DNA of 43,947 nucleotides from a virus (taxonomy: Duplodnaviria; Caudoviricetes): IMG/VR virus record IMGVR_UViG_3300046739_000203, positions 1 through 43,947 of that record. One strand, 5' to 3'. Shown piece by piece: positions 1 through 7,074 of the stretch (its first letter is position 1; the number at the start of each line of letters is the position of its first letter). Under the pieces are notes generated by a model. That model did not search any database, was not told the origin of the DNA, and worked only from the letters and a program-made list of their open reading frames with translations. A program made the position numbers and the translations under genes.

Positions 1-118
1 TACGTTGCCGTTGAGTATCTGGAATTCCGTCTCGGTCACGTCCAGTGCCGCCAGGGCCGTTGTACGATCCCAGGCCGGAACCGCTGGCGGAACATACTCC
101 GCGCCATCGGTTTGTCCG
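1..118. repeat. End overlap, copy 1 (matches 43830-43947), indicating a circular or circularly permuted genome
   Basis: 118-nt direct match to the last 118 nt, with 4 mismatches at positions 28, 31, 43 and 46. Confidence 0.95.
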
Positions 119-453
119 AGCGCGAACCAATTTTTTCGATAGATGAAACGGACGAAACGGCGGGTTTCCTTGTCGCCAGCGGCGTTCGTGGTTTCCGCTT
201 TGCGTGTGACCGGCATACAGAGTTCAATCGCTTTCGAACCCTTTTTGACAAAGCGTCCTTTGTCTTTCCATGCCATGAAAGACGCTATCGGCCCAAGCGG
301 AATTCCGCGCTCGGACAATTGAAGCATGGCGAGCAATTGGTTTCCCGAACTGTAATTCCAGAACGCGGAGTAGGCGGCGAGCATTTTCCCAGGCGTGCGG
401 ACGGCATCGGCGAGCAATTCCGCCCATTTTGTGTTTTCGATTTTGGTTTCCAT
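1..453 (-). CDS. ardC: ArdC-like antirestriction/ssDNA-binding protein, N-terminal part (continues at 43829 down to 43470; about 270 aa in total)
   Basis: Manual translation from ATG 453: METKIENTKW...AYSAFWNYSSGNQLLA...ASFMAWKDKGRFVKKGSKAI...NWFALGQTDG, matching ArdC-N (DUF1738) YSxxN, W...GRxVKKGxKA and F..xQT motifs. It joins in frame to the HELGH-containing ORF at the other end. AAAGGA SD upstream. Confidence 0.8.
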   Translation of the reverse strand, partial: METKIENTKWAELLADAVRTPGKMLAAYSAFWNYSSGNQLLAMLQLSERGIPLGPIASFMAWKDKGRFVKKGSKAIELCMPVTRKAETTNAAGDKETRRFVRFIYRKNWFALGQTDGAEYVPPAVPAWDRTTALAALDVTETEFQILNGNV

Positions 454-547
454 TGTGTTGTGTCCTTTCGTGTGTTGTGTCGTGTGTCCGGCTTTGCCGG
501 AATCCGATACCGCGCTGTGACACGCGGTTACGCCTTGCGGCTATCGG

Positions 548-913
548 CTATTCGCCCGCCAGGGCGGTCAAGAGGCGCGCGGCGCGCTTTGTTGCGTGGT
601 AGGCATCTTCCAGTTCCGCAAGGTATCGCTGGCGGTCAAAAATCGCGTTTTCCAGGGTTTTGAGTTCCGCGCGTTTTTTGTCCACATCGGCGCGCGCTTT
701 GGATAGTTCCGCGCGCTGGCGTTCGGATTCCGCCATGAAATCCGCTAGCGGAATGAAACCGAAATCGCTATCGATGGCGTTTTCAATGTTTGGCGCGCAA
801 TAGGTGAGAATGTCGCGAACGTAACCCGATGGCAGTTTCGCCAGGAGTTTCGCGAATAGCTTTTTTTCTTCCGCTTTGGACAGGTAGATTTTTCGGTCGT
901 TCAATTCAATCAT
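548..913 (-). CDS. Hypothetical coiled-coil early protein (MIELNDRKIY...)
   Basis: ORF 548..1003 trimmed to ATG 913, which follows the repeated ACACGAAAGGA leader. Confidence 0.75.
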   Translation of the reverse strand: MIELNDRKIYLSKAEEKKLFAKLLAKLPSGYVRDILTYCAPNIENAIDSDFGFIPLADFMAESERQRAELSKARADVDKKRAELKTLENAIFDRQRYLAELEDAYHATKRAARLLTALAGE

Positions 914-944
914 TGGTGTTTCCTTTCGTGTGTCGTGTGTCGTG

Positions 945-1241
945 TTATCGGGTTTCGATTTCGGCGTCATAGCGCGCTTCGAATGCCGGATAGGTGTCCA
1001 CAAGGTCCGCTACTTCGCGGATGTAGTTTCTTCGGTCGATGGAATTCCAATCGGCGGAAATGAGTTTTCGAAGCAAGGTTTCGTAGGCTTTTTCGAATTG
1101 CGCATAGGTGAGACCTTGCGCGTCCTCTCCGGCGTGTGTCCGGCCAAAACATCCGCAATTCATTTCGCTCGGATGTTCACAGGAAACGTATTTCCCATCG
1201 CGGACCCAAGCTTGTCGTGTGTAGTCAAAGTACAGTTCCAT
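945..1241 (-). CDS. Hypothetical early protein with C-x-H...C-x-C motif
   Basis: ORF track; CACGAAAGGAC leader upstream. Confidence 0.75.
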   Translation of the reverse strand: MELYFDYTRQAWVRDGKYVSCEHPSEMNCGCFGRTHAGEDAQGLTYAQFEKAYETLLRKLISADWNSIDRRNYIREVADLVDTYPAFEARYDAEIETR

Positions 1242-1261
1242 GTTCGTCTAGTCCTTTCGTG

Positions 1262-1408
1262 CTATTGGATCGTTTCCAAAACATGCTGGGCGATATGCGC
1301 CAACACTTCCATGCGGGGTTCCGAGGCGTCCGCCCAAGCGATGTCGAATTCTCCGGTCATGATGTCGAGCAGTTCAAACAATCGCGCGTGCAATGATGGG
1401 GTTTTCAT
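1262..1408 (-). CDS. 48-aa hypothetical early protein (MKTPSLHARLFELLD...)
   Basis: Manual translation, below the ORF-track cutoff; GAAAGGACACACGAAC leader; fills the gap between neighbours. Confidence 0.7.
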   Translation of the reverse strand: MKTPSLHARLFELLDIMTGEFDIAWADASEPRMEVLAHIAQHVLETIQ

Positions 1409-1430
1409 GTTCGTGTGTCCTTTCATTGGG

Positions 1431-1697
1431 CTATCGGGTTTCGGCGGCGTGTGTCCGGATGGCGTCCTGAATTCCAGCTACTTCCGAGGCGTTCAATATT
1501 CCGCCCATCATTTGCAAGCCGGAACCCGCGTGCAGGTCGAGAAACGTGGAATCGTAATAGGAACCCGCCAGAAATCGCGGGTTCGGGTTCGCATCGTTCA
1601 AAATCCAGATTTCGACAACAAACCGGCCACAATCGCGAACGATATCGCGGTGATTAAACGTGACGTGGTAGCGACCGATGGGCAAAGCCAGAAACAT
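1431..1697 (-). CDS. Hypothetical early protein (MFLALPIGRY...), first gene after promoter P1
   Basis: ORF 1431..1802 trimmed to ATG 1697 behind GAAAGGACACACGAAT. Confidence 0.7.
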   Translation of the reverse strand: MFLALPIGRYHVTFNHRDIVRDCGRFVVEIWILNDANPNPRFLAGSYYDSTFLDLHAGSGLQMMGGILNASEVAGIQDAIRTHAAETR

Positions 1698-1739
1698 ATT
1701 CGTGTGTCCTTTCATATACAAACCCGCCTTGTATATATG

Positions 1740-1768
1740 AATATAGGCTAGCCGTTGGGTTATGTCAA
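1740..1768 (-). promoter_or_regulatory. Early sigma70-type promoter P1 (TTGACA-17 nt-TATATT)
   Basis: Perfect -35, 17-nt spacer, near-consensus -10; identical 31-nt copy at 43404-43434; A-rich UP-like tract upstream. Confidence 0.85.
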
Positions 1769-1769
1769 T

Positions 1770-2303
1770 GCCCCTGGCGATTTTTCTTCGAATTCTTTCC
1801 ACCGCTTTGTTGGTGTGCTACCCTCGGACGAAACCGAAACCGACACCCGTACCGGGTGGAGTTCCCCATACGATGTCCGGGACAAACAACACCCGGCCTC
1901 GGAGCCGGGTGGAACGAATGCGCCTGTATCGGGTGGACAGGTGGCAGGGTGGCGGGAAAGGACGGGAAAGGGTACTCCCGAGCACCGATGGTGCACCGGC
2001 ACCGAAACCGAAACCCGCCACCCGGTCCTATACAGACACCTGCACACGAAACCTGGCGATATCCACATAACAAATATTATGCGACACCGTATGTCGCTGA
2101 TTCTATTGGGACAGACGGCGAGACCGGATGGGCCGGAACCGACCGAATTTGATAGGACCCAACGCGAAGGCCGGGCCGGTTCACCGGGCCGGGGGGCCGA
2201 AATCCTGCGCTACCCCCAACCCTGATGACAAAAATTTTCAGAACCTGGCACCGGCTTCCTCCAGAGAGGAAACCGATGTATCGGTTTACGATCTGGAGGA
2301 GGT
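1770..2303. other. Structured non-coding region between divergent transcription units (candidate ncRNA, packaging/terminus region or control region)
   Basis: No credible ORF; several inverted repeats, e.g. GGGTGGCGGG/CCCGCCACCC, CACCCGGC/GCCGGGTG, GCGACA/TGTCGC; repeated GAAACCGAAACC. Confidence 0.55.
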
Positions 2304-2723
2304 ATGCCAGTGCCGGATGACTACGAGTCCGCTTCGAAACTATTGGAGGAGACCATGCCCGATGAACCAAAGCTAGGGAAGGTCGAGTTCTTTCCCGATC
2401 TGACGCAGTGCGCAGACGCTCATCGCAAGGATGCGTTGCACCCACCGCGATGCGGTGAGGCGTCGTTGCAGGCCGCGTCGGTCACTGCCAATGACCTGCT
2501 GGCCGCGATCCAGCGAACGCCACCGGGTGCGATTGGATCGTTCATACCCGACACTGCCGCTGCTGCGATGCGGCTGGCCGAGGAGTCTGCCCTGGCGTTG
2601 AAGCGGGAGCGCAACTACCAGCTGCTCCAGGCTGCGGCGATCCTGAGGGTGGATTGCGAATGCGTGGTAGCCGTGGAGCGTGCCGTCCAGTTGCTTGCCG
2701 AAATCGAACGTCGGAATCCATAG
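2304..2723 (+). CDS. Hypothetical protein (alternative start at 2355)
   Basis: GGAGG SD before both ATG 2304 and ATG 2355. Confidence 0.7.
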   Translation: MPVPDDYESASKLLEETMPDEPKLGKVEFFPDLTQCADAHRKDALHPPRCGEASLQAASVTANDLLAAIQRTPPGAIGSFIPDTAAAAMRLAEESALALKRERNYQLLQAAAILRVDCECVVAVERAVQLLAEIERRNP

Positions 2724-2732
2724 GAGGAACCC

Positions 2733-2876
2733 ATGCCCACACCCACACTGACTGCTGCACAGAAAAAGGAACTGCTCCAGGTCGCCGCCTTCATCATGGC
2801 CAGTGGTCGATTCAGTTTTTCCCAGGCTCTGGAGCAGGCGCAGTTGCTGATGGCGGCAATCGAAGCGTTGCCCTGA
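2733..2876 (+). CDS. 47-aa hypothetical protein (MPTPTLTAAQKKELLQVAAF...)
   Basis: Manual translation; AGGAGG SD; TGATG overlap with the next gene. Confidence 0.75.
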   Translation: MPTPTLTAAQKKELLQVAAFIMASGRFSFSQALEQAQLLMAAIEALP

Positions 2877-3133
2877 TGGATTCGGAGGATACCGGACTTC
2901 ACTTGGAGTGGGTGCTTGCCGAACTGGACGCGCAGGATATCGGCGTGTATGCCGACAAGCACTGTGTCGCGCTCGACACCCCGAAAGGGAACTACATCGT
3001 TCCCGTGCGGTGGATTCAGTTCCTGCGGCACAAGCCCCATCGGGCGCAACTGATCGCGTTGCTGGACAGCCGTCCCGAGACACCGTTCCAGCGATTGGTC
3101 CGGGAATCCATGCAGAAGAGTTTGCCCCTGTAG
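2876..3133 (+). CDS. Hypothetical protein (MDSEDTGLHL...)
   Basis: ORF 2654..3133 trimmed to the coupled ATG 2876. Confidence 0.65.
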   Translation: MDSEDTGLHLEWVLAELDAQDIGVYADKHCVALDTPKGNYIVPVRWIQFLRHKPHRAQLIALLDSRPETPFQRLVRESMQKSLPL

Positions 3134-3195
3134 CTCAACAGCAGAGCGTCCGGTTCGTAACCAGAAAGATGGTGGTTCAAATCCATCCGGGGGCT
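3124..3195 (+). tRNA. tRNA-Thr(CGT), atypical, no encoded CCA
   Basis: Cloverleaf: acceptor GCCCCTG/CGGGGGC, D-stem GCTC/GAGC, anticodon loop TTCGTAA, T-arm GGTGG-TTCAAAT-CCATC. Confidence 0.85.
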
Positions 3196-3199
3196 TTCT

Positions 3200-3412
3200 A
3201 TGTATCGGTCGATGGAACGAATCGATGGCGACTCTTCCTGCCACGGGAAGATCCGCTATCGCGAAACCTCTGCCAGGAAAGCGGCCAGGGAGATGACCGC
3301 CAAGAAGCGGGAACCCTTCGAAGCGTATCCATGCCGGTACTGCATTGGCTGGCATGTCGGTCATCCGCGATTCTGGAAGTGGACCGAAGAACAGAAGAAA
3401 ACCATCGCGTGA
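3200..3412 (+). CDS. Small Zn-finger-like phage protein (C-x-GKxRY...YxCxxC.GWHVGH)
   Basis: ORF track; Cys/His motif. Confidence 0.7.
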   Translation: MYRSMERIDGDSSCHGKIRYRETSARKAAREMTAKKREPFEAYPCRYCIGWHVGHPRFWKWTEEQKKTIA

Positions 3413-3457
3413 TTTTTTCCTACCAGCCCGCCACGTATCGGAATAGAATTTCCGAAA

Positions 3458-3748
3458 ATGAAACCCAAGCGCAAAAAGATTCCCTACCTCTGGGTCAGCT
3501 TTGCCAATGAGGATCACGGCTCTGCCGGTGTGGTTATCATCCGCGCCAGAAATGTGCTCGATGCGGCACGAGCCATCCAGGCGCTCGATATCGCGCCAAA
3601 AGATTTCCACGGCCAGGTCGCGGCGTTCCGCGCGCCCGATGATGTCGATATCCCGGAGGAAGCCACCAACCGGCTGTTGCAGAAGGACGACGTGAAGCGC
3701 CTGTTGCCGCATGTTCCGCTGGTGAACTCGAAAGGCGAAGACGTATGA
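3458..3748 (+). CDS. Hypothetical protein
   Basis: ORF track; ATGA coupling to the next gene. Confidence 0.7.
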   Translation: MKPKRKKIPYLWVSFANEDHGSAGVVIIRARNVLDAARAIQALDIAPKDFHGQVAAFRAPDDVDIPEEATNRLLQKDDVKRLLPHVPLVNSKGEDV

Positions 3749-3930
3749 CACCCAAGACACTGAAAGCGGCCACGACCCAGCGGCTGGACGAGCGCAAGGA
3801 ATTCCTGCTCGAACAGATCGACGCGGTGCAGCGGGAACTATGGGAACTGGAGCGGCGGGAGAAAAACTGCCGCATCGAGATCCGGCGCATCAATCGCGAA
3901 CTGGAAACTAGAAGGACGCTACCGAAATGA
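3745..3930 (+). CDS. Small coiled-coil protein
   Basis: ORF track; ATGA overlaps on both sides. Confidence 0.7.
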   Translation: MTPKTLKAATTQRLDERKEFLLEQIDAVQRELWELERREKNCRIEIRRINRELETRRTLPK

Positions 3931-4271
3931 ACTGCGTGGTCATCACCGGCAGTCGCGACTGGACCGACGCGGCGGCAATTGAAAAACGGCTCGAAGCCGA
4001 ACCGCCCGATACGGTATTCATCGAAGGCGGTGCGCGGGGCGCGGATGCGGTCTGTCGGTTCTGGTGTTCGCTGCACAACCGAAACCACATTCGCGTCGAT
4101 GCAAACTGGGAATACTACGGAAACTCCGCAGGCGTGATTCGCAACGGATGGATGCTCGACATGCGACCGCGCCTGGTGATCGCGTTCTGGCGAAACAATT
4201 CCCGTGGAACCGCCGACTGCATCCATCAGGCCGAGGCGCTGGGCATTCCCGTGGAGAAACATATCCGATGA
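3927..4271 (+). CDS. SLOG superfamily protein (DUF2493/YspA-like)
   Basis: VVITGSRDW, EGGARGAD, ANW..YG..AG.IRN..ML and AFW...SRGT motifs. Confidence 0.85.
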   Translation: MNCVVITGSRDWTDAAAIEKRLEAEPPDTVFIEGGARGADAVCRFWCSLHNRNHIRVDANWEYYGNSAGVIRNGWMLDMRPRLVIAFWRNNSRGTADCIHQAEALGIPVEKHIR

Positions 4272-4519
4272 GCCATGAAACGATGACCGAACCCGAAGGC
4301 TGCGCCTTGTGCGGGGCTGGCCCGGTCTGGACCGTCTGGAAAGATGATCCGTTTCAATACGGGCCTGGGCCGGATGCGCCTGTCATTGAGGTGCGTGTCC
4401 CGGTTCGGCATTGCCAATCGTGCGGTGAGGAGTGGACCGACTGGGAAGCCGAGCAAATCCGCGACACGGCCATCGCGTTGTACAAAGCCGCCGCGAAGGA
4501 GGCCGAGCATGACGCATGA
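4268..4519 (+). CDS. YgiT/MqsA-N-terminal-type zinc finger protein
   Basis: From ATG 4268: CALCG...F.YG...IEVRVPVRHCQSCGEEW. Confidence 0.65.
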   Translation: MSHETMTEPEGCALCGAGPVWTVWKDDPFQYGPGPDAPVIEVRVPVRHCQSCGEEWTDWEAEQIRDTAIALYKAAAKEAEHDA

Positions 4520-4688
4520 AGACAGACCGCTCGAATGGGGAATCGGTCACGTCATCAACACCTACAAGAAGTGTCCCAAGTGCGGCGGCAGTAATTTCGA
4601 AGTCCGAAACTACGACCTGATGTGGCACGACGGTGAAGTGTGGTGCACCGACTGTGACGTGTACGTGCGCGGCTATGATGCGGGGTGA
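4509..4688 (+). CDS. Zinc-ribbon microprotein (CPKC...CTDC)
   Basis: ORF 4344..4688 trimmed to ATG 4509. Confidence 0.65.
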   Translation: MTHEDRPLEWGIGHVINTYKKCPKCGGSNFEVRNYDLMWHDGEVWCTDCDVYVRGYDAG

Positions 4689-4691
4689 ACA

Positions 4692-5240
4692 ATGGACAAG
4701 GCTGACAACGAACGAATTCTGGATCTGGTGCGGACTTCCAAGGAGGCCATCGATGAGTATCTGCGCGAGGAGCCGTTGCACCATTGGGATGTCATCGACT
4801 ACGTGCGCGAGGAAGTCTGGCGGCAGGGTCACGATGTGGAAACCCTCGACGGTATCGAGCGCGTGTGCTGGATGCTCAATGCCTGGCGCTACGCGATGCG
4901 AATGCAGGCCCCGTTGACGGTGAACCAGATCATCCGGATTGGCCAGCGCATCGAACCGCAGAAAAACCAGACGGGCCTGCGCACGGTCGGCGTGCGCGTC
5001 GGCAACCGCATCTGTCCACCAGCAGAGAATGTCCGCGCCCTGCTGTTCGGCCTGGTCGAATTGCATCGCAATCACGGGATGACGCCGATGGAGTTCTACC
5101 GGCAGCTGCTGGAGATCCACCCCTTTGTCGATGGCAACGGGCGCACCGGCAAGGTGGTGCTCAATTGGCTGAACGGCACGCTACTGGAGCCGATATTTCC
5201 ACCGAAGGATTTCTGGGGGTATCCGATTCGGAATCCGTAG
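4692..5240 (+). CDS. Fic domain protein
   Basis: HPFVDGNGRTGK Fic motif; upstream G.R...V.VG flap-like segment. Confidence 0.9.
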   Translation: MDKADNERILDLVRTSKEAIDEYLREEPLHHWDVIDYVREEVWRQGHDVETLDGIERVCWMLNAWRYAMRMQAPLTVNQIIRIGQRIEPQKNQTGLRTVGVRVGNRICPPAENVRALLFGLVELHRNHGMTPMEFYRQLLEIHPFVDGNGRTGKVVLNWLNGTLLEPIFPPKDFWGYPIRNP

Positions 5241-5420
5241 TCAGTGCAGTCGCGGCACCGGCATATCGACCACGCCAAGGCGCTGCAATACGTAGAACAG
5301 GACGCACAGCAAGGCGATCACGATGATGGCGTTGGCGAATGGCTTTGGCATTGGGATGTAGGTCACGACCAGGTAGGCCACCAATCCCACAAGAGCGATC
5401 CAGAGGATGAGGGTAATCAT
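5241..5420 (-). CDS. 59-aa two-TM membrane protein resembling the Thivi_2564 family
   Basis: Manual translation: MITLILWIALVGLVAYLVVTYIPMPKPFANAIIVIALLCVLFYVLQRLGVVDMPVPRLH; fits exactly between flanking + genes. Confidence 0.75.
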   Translation of the reverse strand: MITLILWIALVGLVAYLVVTYIPMPKPFANAIIVIALLCVLFYVLQRLGVVDMPVPRLH

Positions 5421-5437
5421 GCGCGGAGGATATCACA

Positions 5438-5827
5438 GTGAAATGCGAGAGCGTTTGCATTGGCGTTGATGACGCCGACATGCCCTCGTACTACAGCGAG
5501 GAGTTTATCTACGCCAGAAAGCCACGGACGTGCTGCGAGTGCGGTGGAACGATTCCGGCGAAAGCCCGGTACTTCAAGGCCGTTGGCAAATGGGATGGCG
5601 AGTGGGTGCGGTTTCGCCAGTGCATCCCATGCAATGAAATCCAGCGCGTATTCTCCTGTGATCGCGGGTTTCACTTCGGCGGATTGTGGGAAGCCTGGAA
5701 TGACGCTGACGGATTCGCGAACCTCACCGTCCGCGATCCGTGCTTTCAGAAACTGTCGTTCGCAGCGCGCGTATTTTTGATCGACCGATGGTGGCACTGG
5801 CGGGAATTGCATCCATTCGAGGAGTAG
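5438..5827 (+). CDS. Zn-finger phage protein (ARK...CCECGG.I...CxxC)
   Basis: ORF track; GGAGG SD; Cys motifs. Confidence 0.75.
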   Translation: MKCESVCIGVDDADMPSYYSEEFIYARKPRTCCECGGTIPAKARYFKAVGKWDGEWVRFRQCIPCNEIQRVFSCDRGFHFGGLWEAWNDADGFANLTVRDPCFQKLSFAARVFLIDRWWHWRELHPFEE

Positions 5828-5843
5828 TGCTAGGCTGCTTCGT

Positions 5844-6275
5844 ATGGATCACAACATCTACCCGACGCATACGTGTTTCGACGACGCGCTGGATCTGATG
5901 ATGGCGATACTGAAGGAGAACCAGGAATCCCCCGACGACGTGAAGGCGTCACTGCGCGATGACCTGTACCTGGTCCACGGTGTGACGATGATTACCGGCA
6001 AGCCGTCCGCGCACGCATGGGTGGAATACGATTTCAACAACACCGCGTTGTTTGTCGGCATCCTCAATGGCAAACGCGAAAACTTTTCCGCGCCTCGCGA
6101 TGAGTACTACCGCGAATTGCAGGTGGTCGAGCACACCCGGTATCGCTACCGCGAGGCGTTCGCGTTCAACCGCGCAACCGGCCACTACGGCCCGTGGAAC
6201 GAGCGGTACAAGAAGATGCTCCGCGCCTCCCCGCAGGTGGACGCCTACAAGATCGACCGGATCGGGCCGCTGTGA
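5844..6275 (+). CDS. Hypothetical protein with papain/transglutaminase-like C...HG...HAWVE pattern
   Basis: CFDDA, LVHG and AHAWVE motifs. Confidence 0.6.
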   Translation: MDHNIYPTHTCFDDALDLMMAILKENQESPDDVKASLRDDLYLVHGVTMITGKPSAHAWVEYDFNNTALFVGILNGKRENFSAPRDEYYRELQVVEHTRYRYREAFAFNRATGHYGPWNERYKKMLRASPQVDAYKIDRIGPL

Positions 6276-6469
6276 TGGCAACATCACCGCACGGCTGGAC
6301 ACATGCCATGTGCAACAGGTGTTGGTACGACACCAAGCCGGGACGCGAACCCGTCAAGGTGCGCGATCCCAAGGCGGAGAGGTGTTGCTTTTGCGGACGC
6401 ATGACCGCCTATGGCGTTTACGTGCGCCGCGATCCGGACGCCATAGAATTGAAATGCAACAAGGACTGA
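6275..6469 (+). CDS. Zn-finger microprotein (CNRC...CCFCG)
   Basis: TGATG coupling. Confidence 0.7.
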   Translation: MATSPHGWTHAMCNRCWYDTKPGREPVKVRDPKAERCCFCGRMTAYGVYVRRDPDAIELKCNKD

Positions 6470-6479
6470 CGGAGGGGCA

Positions 6480-6794
6480 ATGAAAGTCACAATGGCACAG
6501 TCGATTGATCGCAATCGCGGGATCTGTTCGACGTGTCAGTATTTTTCCGCGCGATTGTTTGAAAACGGAAACCAGCGATTCGTCTGCCGCAAGGACAACG
6601 TGTTTCTGAAAGCCCACGTCGCCGAATGCACCGACTATCAGCGCAAGAACAACGGACTGTTTGCCGACGCCGCCTGGCAGGTCGGCCTGAACACCGAAAC
6701 CGGCATCGTGGAATTCCGCGACCCGAACTATCGCACGTTCCACCTGGTCGAAGGCAAGCCAGTGCGCATCAAACCGAAGGACGATGATGATTGA
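6480..6794 (+). CDS. Cys-rich hypothetical protein
   Basis: ORF track; GGAGG SD. Confidence 0.7.
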   Translation: MKVTMAQSIDRNRGICSTCQYFSARLFENGNQRFVCRKDNVFLKAHVAECTDYQRKNNGLFADAAWQVGLNTETGIVEFRDPNYRTFHLVEGKPVRIKPKDDDD

Positions 6795-7074
6795 GCATGA
6801 CGCCGACTGCGATGCCGTTGGCGTTGGTCCCGACCTGGAACCATCCACGAAGCCCTGCAACTGCGGGGCGGACAACGCATCGCAGATCATTCGCATGAGC
6901 CGCCTGCTGCGCTGTGCGTCGGGGTTCCACGAACCGCTGATTCGCCCGATTGCGATGGGTGGCGTCATCGAGGAGCCGGTTCGCTTTGAGATTCCCAGCC
7001 GCGACCACGGGCCGGTCCACGCCGCGATCTGCCGACACTGCCGGGTTCTCTATATGCGGAGGCGTGATGAGTGA
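6784..7074 (+). CDS. Cys/His-rich hypothetical protein (HDADC...CNCG...CRHC)
   Basis: ORF track. Confidence 0.6.
   Translation: MMIEHDADCDAVGVGPDLEPSTKPCNCGADNASQIIRMSRLLRCASGFHEPLIRPIAMGGVIEEPVRFEIPSRDHGPVHAAICRHCRVLYMRRRDE

Noticed and set aside
454-1720. Leader repeats as a CRISPR array or integron attC sites
   Set aside because: They are non-palindromic, centred on the SD and separated by whole genes, with no attC-like R/L boxes.
1755-2445. ORFs in the structured intergenic region
   Set aside because: Several overlapping frames on both strands with no SD or protein-like composition; treated as non-coding.
5244-5441. Plus-strand 65-aa ORF
   Set aside because: It is the antisense shadow of the convincing membrane-protein gene at 5241-5420 on the minus strand.
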